Below, in pieces: positions 21,721 to 31,694 of a DNA stretch of 64,000 nucleotides; within the stretch, counting starts at the first letter, position 1; the number at the start of each line of letters is the position of its first letter. Source of the stretch: Candidatus Dormiibacterota bacterium (GTDB lineage: Bacteria > Chloroflexota > Dormibacteria > Aeolococcales > Aeolococcaceae). Below the pieces are notes generated by a model. The model saw only the letters and a list, made by a program, of their open reading frames with translations, ran no database searches and had not been told where the DNA came from. The stretch covers positions 64,001-128,000 of the forward strand of contig CAVPXI010000014.1 in assembly GCA_963709585.1 (NCBI GenBank), given 5' to 3'. Position numbers and translations under genes: made by a program.

Positions 21721-22710
21721 ATGGGTCGCTCGCTCAACCTCTCGCGTCGCGCAGGCATCGCACTCCTCGTTCCCACGGCGCTGCTCGCGGCCTGCGGTGG
21801 TTCGGGGGGCACGTCCACGCCTACGCCCGCGAGCTCGGCGGCGGGCCCAGCGGCCCAGGCCAGCATCGCGGCCGAAGTCCCCGCGGCAGTCAAGGCAGCA
21901 GCGCCTCTCCAGATCGCGACCGACGCCACCTACGCCCCGAACGAATTCGTCGACCCGAGCACCGGCAACATCGTGGGATGGGACCCCGAGCTTGCCAAAG
22001 ACGTCTGCGCCGTGCTCGGGGTGGCCTGCACCATCAACAACGTCACCTTCTCGGACATCATCCCTGCGTTGCTCGAGAGCCCGGCGAAGTATCAGATGGC
22101 CTTCTCGAGCTTCACACCCACCAGTGCGCGCGAAGCTAAGGGCATCGACTTCATCACGTACTACCAGGCCGGTGAGGCGTGGATCGTGAAGGCGGGAGGC
22201 GCCTCCATCTCGTCCGCGGCCGACATGTGCGGACACACGGTTGCCGTCGAGTCGGGCACCACCGAGGAGCTCGATGCGTGGGGATACATGGGAATGAAGC
22301 CCGGCGGTGCCACGATCCCGGGTGATACGGACCATTGCAAAGCCGCCGGAAAGCAGGACATCAGCGTGCTCAGCTACGGGACGCAAACCCAGGCGAACTC
22401 CGCGCTGCTGTCGGGCCGCGCCGACTTCGGTTGGCTCGACCAGCCGGTCGCCGACTACCAGGTCAAGACGTTGGCGGGCAAGCTCAAGATCGGTGGAACC
22501 GCGTGCAGCGTCTCGCCGTACGGGGTCGCAATGGTGAAGTCGACTGGGCTCGAGCAGGCGGTCACGGACGCGATCAAGTACCTCATCGACAACAACTTCT
22601 ACACGAAGCTGCTCAACACCTGGGGTGTCGCGGATGGCGCGATCGCCAGCTCGGCAGTGACGCTGAATAACAACAGCTCGGTTGGCGCCAGCTGCGTCCC
22701 GTCGTACTGA
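21721..22710 (+). CDS. polar amino-acid ABC transporter substrate-binding lipoprotein
   Basis: Lipobox LAAC, TDATYAPNEF, GWDPELAK, VAVESGTT. Confidence 0.9.
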   Translation: MGRSLNLSRRAGIALLVPTALLAACGGSGGTSTPTPASSAAGPAAQASIAAEVPAAVKAAAPLQIATDATYAPNEFVDPSTGNIVGWDPELAKDVCAVLGVACTINNVTFSDIIPALLESPAKYQMAFSSFTPTSAREAKGIDFITYYQAGEAWIVKAGGASISSAADMCGHTVAVESGTTEELDAWGYMGMKPGGATIPGDTDHCKAAGKQDISVLSYGTQTQANSALLSGRADFGWLDQPVADYQVKTLAGKLKIGGTACSVSPYGVAMVKSTGLEQAVTDAIKYLIDNNFYTKLLNTWGVADGAIASSAVTLNNNSSVGASCVPSY

Positions 22711-22774
22711 GGTCGTTCGTCCACGCGGAATCGCACTGTGAGCACCAAGATGCGGCCGTGAGCGAACGATTGTC

Positions 22775-23752
22775 GTGACCGCGAGCGAACCCATCGCCTC
22801 GAGTGGGAGGAGACGGCCTGAGGCCATCAAAGCGATCCCGCTGCGCCACCCGTGGCGCTGGGTCTTCGCGGTGTTGGTCCTCGGGCTTGCGGCCGCAGCC
22901 CTGTACACCTTTGCCGCCGCGCCCACCCTGGACTGGCGCGTCGTCGGTCAATACCTGTTCTTTCCGCGAATCATCCAAGGGATCGTCGTCACTCTCGAGC
23001 TGACGGTCATCGCGATGGCGATCGGGGTCAGCCTCGGCGTGCTCCTTGCCGTCATGCGGCTCTCGGTGAATCCGGTGCTGTCGAGCGTGAGCTGGTTCTA
23101 CATCTGGTTCTTCCGCGGAACGCCGGTGCTGGTCCAGATCTTCTTCTGGTACAACCTCGCGCTCATCCTTCCTCATCTGACGATCGGTATCCCATTCACT
23201 CACATCGAATGGATCGGCACCACCAACCAGATCGTCTCCCCGTTCCTCGCCGCCATCCTCGGACTGGGACTCAACGAAGCAGCATATATGTCGGAAATCG
23301 TTCGAGCCGGCATCATCTCCGTGGATCAGGGGCAGACCGAGGCGGCGCAGGCGCTCGGGATGACACGTGTACACGTGATGCGCAGGATCGTGCTCCCCCA
23401 GGCGATGCGCGTCGTGCTCCCACCGACCGGCAACGAGACCATCTCGATGCTCAAGACTTCGTCGCTCGCATCGATCGCCACCGTCGGTGAGCTCTTCTAC
23501 GTGCAGGAGCAGATCGCGAGTGCAACCTTCAACGTCGTCGAGCTGCTCGTGGTCGCCAGCATCTGGTACCTGGTGATGACGTCCATCCTCACCTTCGGTC
23601 AGTATTACCTGGAGCGGTATTTCGCTCGTGGATCGGCACACCAGCTGCCGCTCACCCCGCTGCAGCGATTCCGGCGGATGTTGCTCCACTCGCACATCCC
23701 GCCTCCCGAAGCGGCGGTCGAACCCACTTCCGTCTACACCCGGCATACGTGA
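22775..23752 (+). CDS. amino-acid ABC transporter permease
   Basis: [41 protein letters not shown]. Confidence 0.95.
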   Translation: MTASEPIASSGRRRPEAIKAIPLRHPWRWVFAVLVLGLAAAALYTFAAAPTLDWRVVGQYLFFPRIIQGIVVTLELTVIAMAIGVSLGVLLAVMRLSVNPVLSSVSWFYIWFFRGTPVLVQIFFWYNLALILPHLTIGIPFTHIEWIGTTNQIVSPFLAAILGLGLNEAAYMSEIVRAGIISVDQGQTEAAQALGMTRVHVMRRIVLPQAMRVVLPPTGNETISMLKTSSLASIATVGELFYVQEQIASATFNVVELLVVASIWYLVMTSILTFGQYYLERYFARGSAHQLPLTPLQRFRRMLLHSHIPPPEAAVEPTSVYTRHT

Positions 23753-23762
23753 TGATCGCCTG

Positions 23763-24527
23763 ATGAGCGGGCCGATGGTTCGTGCCGAAGCTGTCCATAA
23801 GTCGTACGGCCGCCTCGAGGTGCTCCGCGGTATCGACCTGGAGGTCGCGCCCCGGGAGGTGATGTGCATCGTTGGGCCGTCCGGTTCCGGCAAGAGCACG
23901 TTCCTGCGCTGCATCAACCATCTCGAGAAGATCGACGCGGGCAGGCTGTCGGTGGACGGTGAGCTGGTCGGGTACCGCGAGCACGGCGACAAGATCTACG
24001 AGCTCCCCGAGCGTGAGGTCTGCCGAAAGCGGGCGGAGATCGGGATGGTGTTCCAGCGCTTCAATCTGTTTCCGCACATGACCGCGCTCGAAAACATCAT
24101 GGAAGCGCCGGTTCGCGTGAAGAAGGATGCGCAGAAAGTCGCCGCGGAACGAGGACGAGCACTGCTCGACCGGGTCGGGCTTGCCGACAAGGTGGACGTC
24201 TATCCGAACCAGCTCTCCGGTGGTCAACAGCAGCGGGTCGCAATCGCGCGCGCACTCGCCATGCAACCGAAGCTCATGCTCTTCGACGAGCCGACGTCGG
24301 CGCTCGACCCGGAGTTGGTCGGCGACGTCCTCGACGTGATGCGCGGTCTCGCCCAGGACGGGATGACCATGGTCGTCGTCACCCACGAGATGGGGTTCGC
24401 TCGCGAGGTCGGCGATGCGCTCGTCTTCATGGACGGCGGCGTGATCGTCGAGTCCGGAAACCCCCGCGAGATGCTCGCCAATCCCCAGCACGAGCGGACC
24501 AAGTCCTTTCTCTCAAAGGTCCTGTAA
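23763..24527 (+). CDS. amino-acid ABC transporter ATP-binding protein
   Basis: [41 protein letters not shown]. Confidence 0.96.
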   Translation: MSGPMVRAEAVHKSYGRLEVLRGIDLEVAPREVMCIVGPSGSGKSTFLRCINHLEKIDAGRLSVDGELVGYREHGDKIYELPEREVCRKRAEIGMVFQRFNLFPHMTALENIMEAPVRVKKDAQKVAAERGRALLDRVGLADKVDVYPNQLSGGQQQRVAIARALAMQPKLMLFDEPTSALDPELVGDVLDVMRGLAQDGMTMVVVTHEMGFAREVGDALVFMDGGVIVESGNPREMLANPQHERTKSFLSKVL

Positions 24528-24602
24528 GGCTGCAATGCACGCGGTTCGATTTCAGGAATACGGATTGACGGGCCGGGGCAAGCCTCGGGCGCAACTCGTC
24601 CC

Positions 24603-25028
24603 ATGACCACGCTGGGCGGCGTCATTCTGCTGATCGGGCGGATCCTCTTCGTCGCGCTGTTCGTCACCGCGGCGCGCGGACACATCCACAACCACCCTCG
24701 CTACGTCGCGGGATCCGGCAAGAAACTGCCGTTCCCCGTCCTCGCCGGGTGGCCCGCGGGCGTGTGGCTGCTGGTCGCCGATCTCTCGATCGTCGTCGGG
24801 ATCTGGCCCGACATCGGTGCCCTGATGATCGCCCTGTTTCTGATCCCGGCGGCGGTGGTCTTCCACCCGTTCTGGAGCGAGACCGATCCAGTCGCGCGCC
24901 GCACCCACGAGTCGAGCTTCTACCGGGACATGTCGCTGCTCGGCGCTGCGCTCGCGCTCTTCGCGCTGTTCACAGACGTGGGCCACGTGCCCTTCGCGCT
25001 CACCGGCCCCGCCCTCACCCTGCGGTAG
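24603..25028 (+). CDS. DoxX family membrane protein
   Basis: LIGRILF, four hydrophobic helices, FHPFW, FYRDMSLLGAAL. Confidence 0.8.
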   Translation: MTTLGGVILLIGRILFVALFVTAARGHIHNHPRYVAGSGKKLPFPVLAGWPAGVWLLVADLSIVVGIWPDIGALMIALFLIPAAVVFHPFWSETDPVARRTHESSFYRDMSLLGAALALFALFTDVGHVPFALTGPALTLR

Positions 25029-25038
25029 CCGCGGCGCG

Positions 25039-26794
25039 TCAGAGCTCCGGCGCCTCGGTCACGATCATCGTCTCGCCTCTGACGACCCGGCCGCCGCGAG
25101 ACCACGAGGCGACAGCGGCGATCAGACAGACCACCAGCGAGAAGGTGAAGGCCTGGTGCAGGCCGGCCGCGAACGGACCCGAGATCAACTCCGGGAAGAA
25201 CTGCCGGCCGGTGAGCGCCGAGGCATTCGCCACCGACAGCTGCGAGAGAACGTGGGTGCCAACCAGCGACTGGATGGGGTTGTAGCCGAGGAACGCCGCG
25301 AACAGGATCGACACAGGAGGCAGGTGGCCGACGTGCACCGCCACCGCCGTCGGCACGCCGTGCGCCTCGAGCCCGGCGGTCATGGTGGTGGAAAGTGTCG
25401 CCGCCAGCCCGGTGATCATCAGCGTGAAGAAGATGCCGATCGAGAGCACCTGCGCCGAGCTCTGGAAGGTCGCGTTCATGCCGCCGCCGGCGCCGCGGTC
25501 CGCGGGCGGCAGGCTGTTCATGACGCCGGCGCGGTTTGGCGCTGCGAACGCGCCCATCGAGAGCCCGTTGAGGAAGAGGATGAGCGCGAACAGCTGATAC
25601 GGGAAATCGATCGGCAGCAGTTGCAGGAACGCGAAGCTTGGCGGCGGCGCCGATCATCCCCCCGGTCGCGAACGGCCGTGACCCGAAGCGGTCCGACAGG
25701 TAGCCGGACAGCGGACCGGCGAGCAGGAACCCGACGGTCAGCGGGATCATGTAGATGCCCGCCCACAGCGGCGTCGAGGTGAAGCTGTAGCCGTGCTCCG
25801 GCAACCAGATTCCCTGCAGCCAGATGATCAGCATGAACATGAGCCCGCCGCGGCCGACGGCTGCGAGAAAGCTCGACAGGGTGCCGAACGTGAACGCGCG
25901 AATGCGGAACAACCCGAGACGGAACATCGGGTTCACGACGCGACTCTCGACGACCGCAAACCCGGCGAGGAACGCGGCGCCAAGCGCGAGCGCCGAGAGC
26001 ACGAACGGGCTCGTCCATCCCATCGGGTAGGATTTGTACGGCTCGATGCCGTAAGTGATGCCGATCATCACCAGGATCAGACCGATCGCGAAGGTCAGGT
26101 TGCCGAGCCAGTCGATCGGGAACTCGGCGCCGGACCCCGCGCTCCTCCAGCTTGAGATAGGCCCAGACGGTGCCGAAGAGGCCGAACGGGACCGAGACGA
26201 GGAATACGAGCCGCCAGTTGATCGGGGCGAGCAGCCCACCGAGAACGAGCCCGATGAACACCCCGCTGATACCGGCGATGTTGTTGATGCCCAGCGCGAG
26301 GCCGCGCTGGTTGGTCGGGAAGGCATCGGTGAGAATCGCCGCCGAGTTGCCGATCAGGCAGGCGGCACCGATGCCCTGGACCACCCGGAACACCATCAGC
26401 CAGACCGCGCCGGGGGGTCCCGTCATCCAGTCGATGGTCAGCAGCAGCGATGCGCCGGTGTAGATGACGAAGCCGAGGTTGTAGATGCGCACCCGCCCGA
26501 CGATGTCGCCGAGGCGTCCGAGCCCCACCACTAGGACGCTGCTGACGATCAGGAAGCCGAGGATCATCCAGAGCAGGTAGAAGCTGTTCGCCGGGGCGAG
26601 CGGGTTCAGGTCGATGCCGCGAAAGATGTCGGGCATCGCGATCAACATGATCGAGGCATCGATGGTGGCGAGCAGCACGCCGACTGTCGTGTTGGAGAGC
26701 GCGACCCACTTGTAGCCGTCACCGCGCGCTCCATGACCGGTGGTGACGGTGCGCCCGGTGTCGCTGGTCGTCGCTATGGGGTCGCCTCGATCAC
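25039..26794 (-). CDS. MFS transporter (DHA2/EmrB-like), frameshifted at ~25640, ~26120 and probably ~26780
   Basis: YKWVALSNT, GRLGDIVGR, FRVVQGIG, WRLVFLVSVP, then IDWLG...LSDRFGSRPF, then APNRAGVMN in successive frames. Confidence 0.8.
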
Positions 26795-26820
26795 CCCACG
26801 AGTTCTGGCAGGGCAGCGCG

Positions 26821-28067
26821 TCAGCGCGACGCGGCTGCGATGCGCGAACTCAAGCGCCGTTCGGGGTCGCGCACCCCGGGGATGAAGAGAATGCCGCACA
26901 GGGCGAGGGCCACACACCCGCCGATCAACATCGTCGCGCGCGTCCCGATGACACCCGCGGCCGCGCCGCTGACCAGCACGCCGAGCGGGCTGAGGCTGAG
27001 CGACACCAGCCAGTCCACCGACGAGGCGCGGCCGAGCAGTTCCGGCGGCACCAGTTCCTGCATGATCGGGCTCCAGAGGACGTTGCCGTACATCAGAGCC
27101 CCGGTGACCAGGAAGGCGCTCGCACCGGCGATCCAGATGTTCGGCGCGAGCGAGAGCACGACGATCGCGCCGGCCGATACCCCATAACCAACCCACATCG
27201 ATGTGATGCGCAGGCGTGGCGCGCCAAGTTTCGCTACAAGGAGTGCCGACATGCCGCCGCCGACCCCGCCGGCCGCGAGAACCAGTCCGAGCGCAATCGG
27301 TCCCTGACGGAGCACGTTGCGTATGAGCAACGGAACGAGGACGCCGAGCGGAGAGAACGCCGCGAAGTTCGCCAGTCCGGCACACGCGATCGTCACCCAC
27401 AGCCACCGCTGCGACCGGACGTAGCGCAGTCCCTCGCGCGCGTCGGCGAGCGGCGAATGGCCGGACGGCTCGGGGCGCGGCCGGCTCGCCATCGCAAGCA
27501 CGCAGCCGGCACTGACGGCGAAGCTCACCGCGTCGATCGCGAACGCCCATTGGTATCCGAGCGCAGCGACGGCCAGCCCGCCGAGCGCCGGCCCGATTAG
27601 CAGCTGCGCCACGGTCTGACTCGTGTGGTTGAGCGCGCTGCCCTGGACGAGCAGTTCGGCGGGGAGGATCTCCGGGGTCACGGCGGTCGCCGCCGGATAG
27701 AAGAGCGCGTCAGCAGCGCCAAAGACGGCCGAGATGACGACGAGCTCCCAGACGTGAAGCGCGCCGAGTCCGACAAGAAGGGCGATGGCCGCGACCGCCA
27801 CGCCACGAGTGGTATCCGAGGCGAGCATCGCCAAGCGGCGTGGCACGCGGTCGACGATCATCCGGCGACCAGCAGGAGGACCGTCGGCAGCAGTCTCGCT
27901 GCCAGGACGAGCGAGAGTGCGAGTGGATTGTCGTCGATGCGCAGCGTCTCCAGGGCGAGTGCGACGGTGTAGACACCGTCGCCGACCAGCGAGATGCTCT
28001 GTCCGGACCAAAGCAACGCGAAGTCGCGGTGGCGCAGCGCCGCGGGCGTTCGAACCCGGGGGTTCAC
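26821..28067 (-). CDS. MFS transporter (EntS/DHA3-like), frameshift at ~27862
   Basis: LRHRDFALLWSGQSISLVGD...LLVAG, continuing as IVDRVPRR...REGLRYV...VPPELLGR. Confidence 0.85.
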
Positions 28068-28201
28068 CGGCCCGTGACGAGTGCCACTCTCACGATGAAC
28101 GGCAGGGCGGACATCATTTTCGGCACAGCGATAGAGTAGGCGGACGCAGATCGTGCCTCAGCGCCCGGGCATTTGGCCTTGCCCGGGCGGCAAACATTGC
28201 C

Positions 28202-28224
28202 GATTGTGCTACAACCTTACAGGA
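28202..28224 (+). promoter_or_regulatory. operator/extended -10 motif upstream of mgsA
   Basis: GATTGTGCTACAA-CCT-TACAGGA; the 13-mer is identical to the reverse complement of 29592-29604. Confidence 0.55.
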
Positions 28225-28252
28225 ACTCGCACCACTCAGCGGGAGGCGCACC

Positions 28253-28696
28253 GTGCCACGTTCAGGTCCCCGACGAAAGCAGATCGTGCTGATCGCCCAC
28301 GACAACAAGAAGCCGGACATGCTGGAGTGGGCGCGCTTCAACCGCGATACGCTGGCGCGCCACGACCTCCTTGGCACCGGCACGACCGGGTCGATGGTTG
28401 CGAATGAGCTGGGTCTGCCCGTGCACCGATTTCTCACCGGTCCGCTCGGTGGTGATCAGCAGGTCGGGGCAGCGATCGCGGAAGGACGGATCGACGTGAT
28501 CATCTTCTTCTGGGATCCGCTCGAACCGCACCCCCACGACGTCGACGTCAAGGCACTCCTGCGCATCGCGGTGGTGCACAACATCCCAATGGCCTGCAAC
28601 CGTGCGACTGCCGACTTCATCCTTTCGAGCCCGCTGATCGACGAGGTCTACCCGAGATCGCTCGACCCGGTCGGAGCCGTCCTCCCGACCGCATAA
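28253..28696 (+). CDS. mgsA: methylglyoxal synthase
   Basis: LIAHDNKK, GTGTTG, GPLGGDQQVG, FFWDPLEPHPHDVDVKALLR, ACNRATAD; RBS GGAGG precedes GTG. Confidence 0.96.
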   Translation: MPRSGPRRKQIVLIAHDNKKPDMLEWARFNRDTLARHDLLGTGTTGSMVANELGLPVHRFLTGPLGGDQQVGAAIAEGRIDVIIFFWDPLEPHPHDVDVKALLRIAVVHNIPMACNRATADFILSSPLIDEVYPRSLDPVGAVLPTA

Positions 28697-29352
28697 ACAC
28701 TGTCCTCGGCAGCGGTCGCGTGCTCGATCAGCCAGGACGTTGCGCTCTCCAGGTGGTGCCGTATGACGGCCTCCGCGACCTCCGGCCTGCCCGCCTCAAT
28801 GGCCTCGAGCAGCGCGTCGTGCTCGCCCGCCAGCTGGCCAACCGACGCATAACCCTGGATCAGCTGCGCCAGGCAGAGGAGGATCTCGACCTCGAGATTC
28901 CTGTGCGCGCGAATGAGGCGAGCGTTGCCGGCTCCAACCACCAGCGCACGATGGAAGGCGAGGTCAGCCTCGACGACGGCGCGCTGCGACGAACTCGGAC
29001 CGAGACGATGGTGCTGCGCGAGGGCGGTCCGCGCGGCGTCGGGGACCCCGCGGCGTGCTGCGAGCATTCGCGAGGCCTGAACCTCGAGTGCGGTACGCAA
29101 CTCGTAGATCTCCGCGAGATCACGGGCGGCGAGCGCCCGAACGAAGACGCCGCGGTTGCGCGACTTGACCAGCAGGCCCCTGCGCACCAGTCCGTCGAAG
29201 GCGGCTCGAAGCGTGTTGCGGCCGACGTCGAACTCCTCGGCGAGTGCGATCTCACCGAGATGTTCGCCAGGCTTGAAGCGGCCGTCGAGCACCTGACGCT
29301 CGAGCGCATCCTCGAGCGTCTCGACGCGTGAGGTCGTCTGCCGGCGAATCAT
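28648..29352 (-). CDS. GntR family transcriptional regulator (FCD/FadR type)
   Basis: wHTH LDGRFKPGEHLGEIALAEEFDVGRNTLRAA, and FCD motifs EIYELRTALE, ADLAFH, EHDALLEAI. Confidence 0.92.
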   Translation of the reverse strand: MIRRQTTSRVETLEDALERQVLDGRFKPGEHLGEIALAEEFDVGRNTLRAAFDGLVRRGLLVKSRNRGVFVRALAARDLAEIYELRTALEVQASRMLAARRGVPDAARTALAQHHRLGPSSSQRAVVEADLAFHRALVVGAGNARLIRAHRNLEVEILLCLAQLIQGYASVGQLAGEHDALLEAIEAGRPEVAEAVIRHHLESATSWLIEHATAAEDSVYAVGRTAPTGSSDLG

Positions 29353-29403
29353 CGCCGTGCGCAAACCTGGCCGGTCGCGGCCTTCAGATGGGTGGAGGCT
29401 CGG

Positions 29404-29556
29404 CTAGACGCGGGCGCGGTCGCGGCAGCGACGGCAGACGCCTTCACTGGTTCCGAAGGCATCGCGATGGGAGATCGGCTCGCCGCACGAACGGCACGAC
29501 CGCCCCGTCTCCATGCCGTACAGGGCTCTCAGCGTGAGCCAGAATATTGTTGTCAT
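29404..29556 (-). CDS. small putative zinc-ribbon protein (50 aa), absent from the ORF track
   Basis: Manual translation MTTIFWLTLRALYGMETGRSCRSCGEPISHRDAFGTSEGVCRRCRDRARV*; CxxC-x16-CxxC; GGAG RBS upstream; lies between the promoter motif and gntR. Confidence 0.7.
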   Translation of the reverse strand: MTTIFWLTLRALYGMETGRSCRSCGEPISHRDAFGTSEGVCRRCRDRARV

Positions 29557-29578
29557 CTCAATTGCTCCAGGGGGATTG

Positions 29579-29604
29579 ATCCTGTAGCAGATTGTAGCAC
29601 AATC
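29579..29604 (-). promoter_or_regulatory. palindromic operator overlapping an extended -10, upstream of the Zn-ribbon/gntR unit
   Basis: GATTGT-AGC-ACAATC (29590-29604) has perfect arms. The minus strand reads GATTGTGCTACAATCTGCTACAGGA, containing TGnTACAAT. Confidence 0.6.
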
Positions 29605-29620
29605 CTAGGCCTGACGCCTC

Positions 29621-30766
29621 TCAGCCTGTGCTGGCGCCACCGGCCACCCCGGCTGACGCGGGTGCGCCGTTCGCGGCGACCCGCAACCCGGTCGCCGGAT
29701 TGAAGATGTGGAGACGCCGGGGTGGCGCCGCCAGGGTGACCGAATCGCCGACCTTCAGGGTGTTGTCGGCGTTGATGATCGCCACCACGTCGCGTCCCTC
29801 GCTGGTGCCGTGGATGAGCTCGTCGTTGCCGAGGAATTCGACGACGTCGACCACGACGGTCACGCTCAGGCCGGGCCCGGAGAGCGCGACGAGGTCGAGG
29901 TGCTCGGGCCGGAAGCCAACGGTCACCGAGTCCAGGCCGAGGTCGCGCAGCAGTGCCGACTCGGTGTCGTCCGGCTTCATCTCGGCGCCCTCGCCGGTGA
30001 GACGGACCACCCCACCCTCCTGCGAGACCTTGAGGTCGATGAAATTCATCGACGGCGACCCGATGAAGCCGGCGACGAACCGATTCTGGGGGAGCTCGTA
30101 CAGGTCCTTGGGGGTCCCCGCCTGCTGCAGGACACCCTCGTTGATCACCGCGATCCGGTCGCCCATGGTCATCGCCTCGACCTGGTCGTGGGTGACGTAG
30201 ATCATCGTGGCCTCGAGGCGGGTGTGCATGCGCGCGATCTCGGCGCGGGTCTGGACGCGCAGCTTCGCGTCCAGGTTCGAGAGCGGCTCGTCCATCAGGA
30301 ACACGGCGGGCTCGCGAACGATGGCGCGCCCGAGGGCGACGCGCTGGCGTTGCCCGCCGGACAGCTGCCCGGGCTTGCGATCCAGGAAGCGCTCGAGGTC
30401 GAGGATGCGCGCCGCCTCCACCACCGCCTTGTCAATGTCCGCCTTGGGCGTCTTGCGCAGCTGCAGGCCGAATGCCATGTTGTCGCGCACGCTCATGTGC
30501 GGGTAGAGCGCGTAGCTCTGGAAGACCATGGCGATGTCGCGATCGCGCGGCGGCAGGTTGTTGACGACGCGATCCCCGATGCGTACCTGGCCGCTGGTGA
30601 TCTCCTCGAGCCCCGCGATCATGCGCAGTGCCGTGGTCTTGCCACATCCCGACGGTCCGACCAGGCACACGAACTCGCCGTCATGAATATCGAGGTTGAG
30701 CTTGTTGACCGCGAGCGCGCCGCCGTCGTAGCGCTTGGTCAGATCAACGAGGACTACGCCGGCCAT
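29621..30766 (-). CDS. sugar ABC transporter ATP-binding protein (MalK/UgpC type)
   Basis: GPSGCGKTT, FQSYALYPHM, LSGGQRQR, DEPLSNLDAKLR, FIGSPSMN, TOBE C-terminus. Confidence 0.96.
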   Translation of the reverse strand: MAGVVLVDLTKRYDGGALAVNKLNLDIHDGEFVCLVGPSGCGKTTALRMIAGLEEITSGQVRIGDRVVNNLPPRDRDIAMVFQSYALYPHMSVRDNMAFGLQLRKTPKADIDKAVVEAARILDLERFLDRKPGQLSGGQRQRVALGRAIVREPAVFLMDEPLSNLDAKLRVQTRAEIARMHTRLEATMIYVTHDQVEAMTMGDRIAVINEGVLQQAGTPKDLYELPQNRFVAGFIGSPSMNFIDLKVSQEGGVVRLTGEGAEMKPDDTESALLRDLGLDSVTVGFRPEHLDLVALSGPGLSVTVVVDVVEFLGNDELIHGTSEGRDVVAIINADNTLKVGDSVTLAAPPRRLHIFNPATGLRVAANGAPASAGVAGGASTG

Positions 30767-30776
30767 GACACGCTCC

Positions 30777-31694
30777 TCATTTGACCGCCCCGGCGAGCAC
30801 GCCACGGACGAAATACCGCTGGAAGGCAAAGAACACGATCAAGGGAATGACGATCGAGATCATCGCCCCCGTGGAGATGATGTAGTAGTTGTTGGCCAGA
30901 GCTCGGGTCTGCCCGTAGAGGAACATCGTCAGCGTGATGTGGGTGCTGGCCCCCAGGAAGACGAGCGCGACGAGCAGGTCGTTCCAGACCCAGATGAACT
31001 GGAAGATGGCAAGCGACGCCAGCGCGGGAATGCCGATCGGCAACACGACCTTCCGGAACAGCGTCCACTCCCCCGCTCCGTCGATCCGTCCCGCTTCCAG
31101 GAGATCATGCGGGATGCCCGAGTAGAAGTTGCGCATCAGGAAGATACCGAACGGCAAGCCGAAGGCCACGTGGAAGATGACCGTGCCGATCACCGAACCG
31201 AAAAAGTGCAGCCCTGTGGCGGTGTCAACAACCTTGTACAGGCTGGCGACCGGGATCAGCGCCATCTGCAGCGGCAGGACGAGCATCGCGACGATGAGGA
31301 GAAACACGAGAGTCCGTCCCCGCCATCTGCCGAACACGAGCGAATACGCGGTGAGGCTCGAGATCAGGGTCACAAGGACCGTGACCGGCACCGTGATCGC
31401 GATCGATGTTGTCAGCGAATCGAGCACGCCACCCGCTTTGAACCCCGCGGACAACAGCCCCTGGTAGTTGGAGAACGTCAATTGCGCCGGTGCGGTGAGC
31501 ACCGTCCACCATCCGGATTGCTCGAACGCGCTGTTGGGCCGGAGCGAGATGATCGCGATGCCGATCGAGGGCACCAGCCAGAAGATCGCAATGGCCGCGA
31601 GGGCGACGTTGAGGACGATGCGCGACGGGCGCAGACGGAAGCGCTGCCGCTTCGCCTGAGCAGCGACCGGCAACGACGCAGCCTGCACGCTCAT
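30777..31694 (-). CDS. carbohydrate ABC transporter permease (MalG/AglG type)
   Basis: EAA loop LLEAGRIDGAGE, FQFIWVWNDLL, FQRYFVRG; ATG overlaps the upstream stop. Confidence 0.93.
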   Translation of the reverse strand: MSVQAASLPVAAQAKRQRFRLRPSRIVLNVALAAIAIFWLVPSIGIAIISLRPNSAFEQSGWWTVLTAPAQLTFSNYQGLLSAGFKAGGVLDSLTTSIAITVPVTVLVTLISSLTAYSLVFGRWRGRTLVFLLIVAMLVLPLQMALIPVASLYKVVDTATGLHFFGSVIGTVIFHVAFGLPFGIFLMRNFYSGIPHDLLEAGRIDGAGEWTLFRKVVLPIGIPALASLAIFQFIWVWNDLLVALVFLGASTHITLTMFLYGQTRALANNYYIISTGAMISIVIPLIVFFAFQRYFVRGVLAGAVK

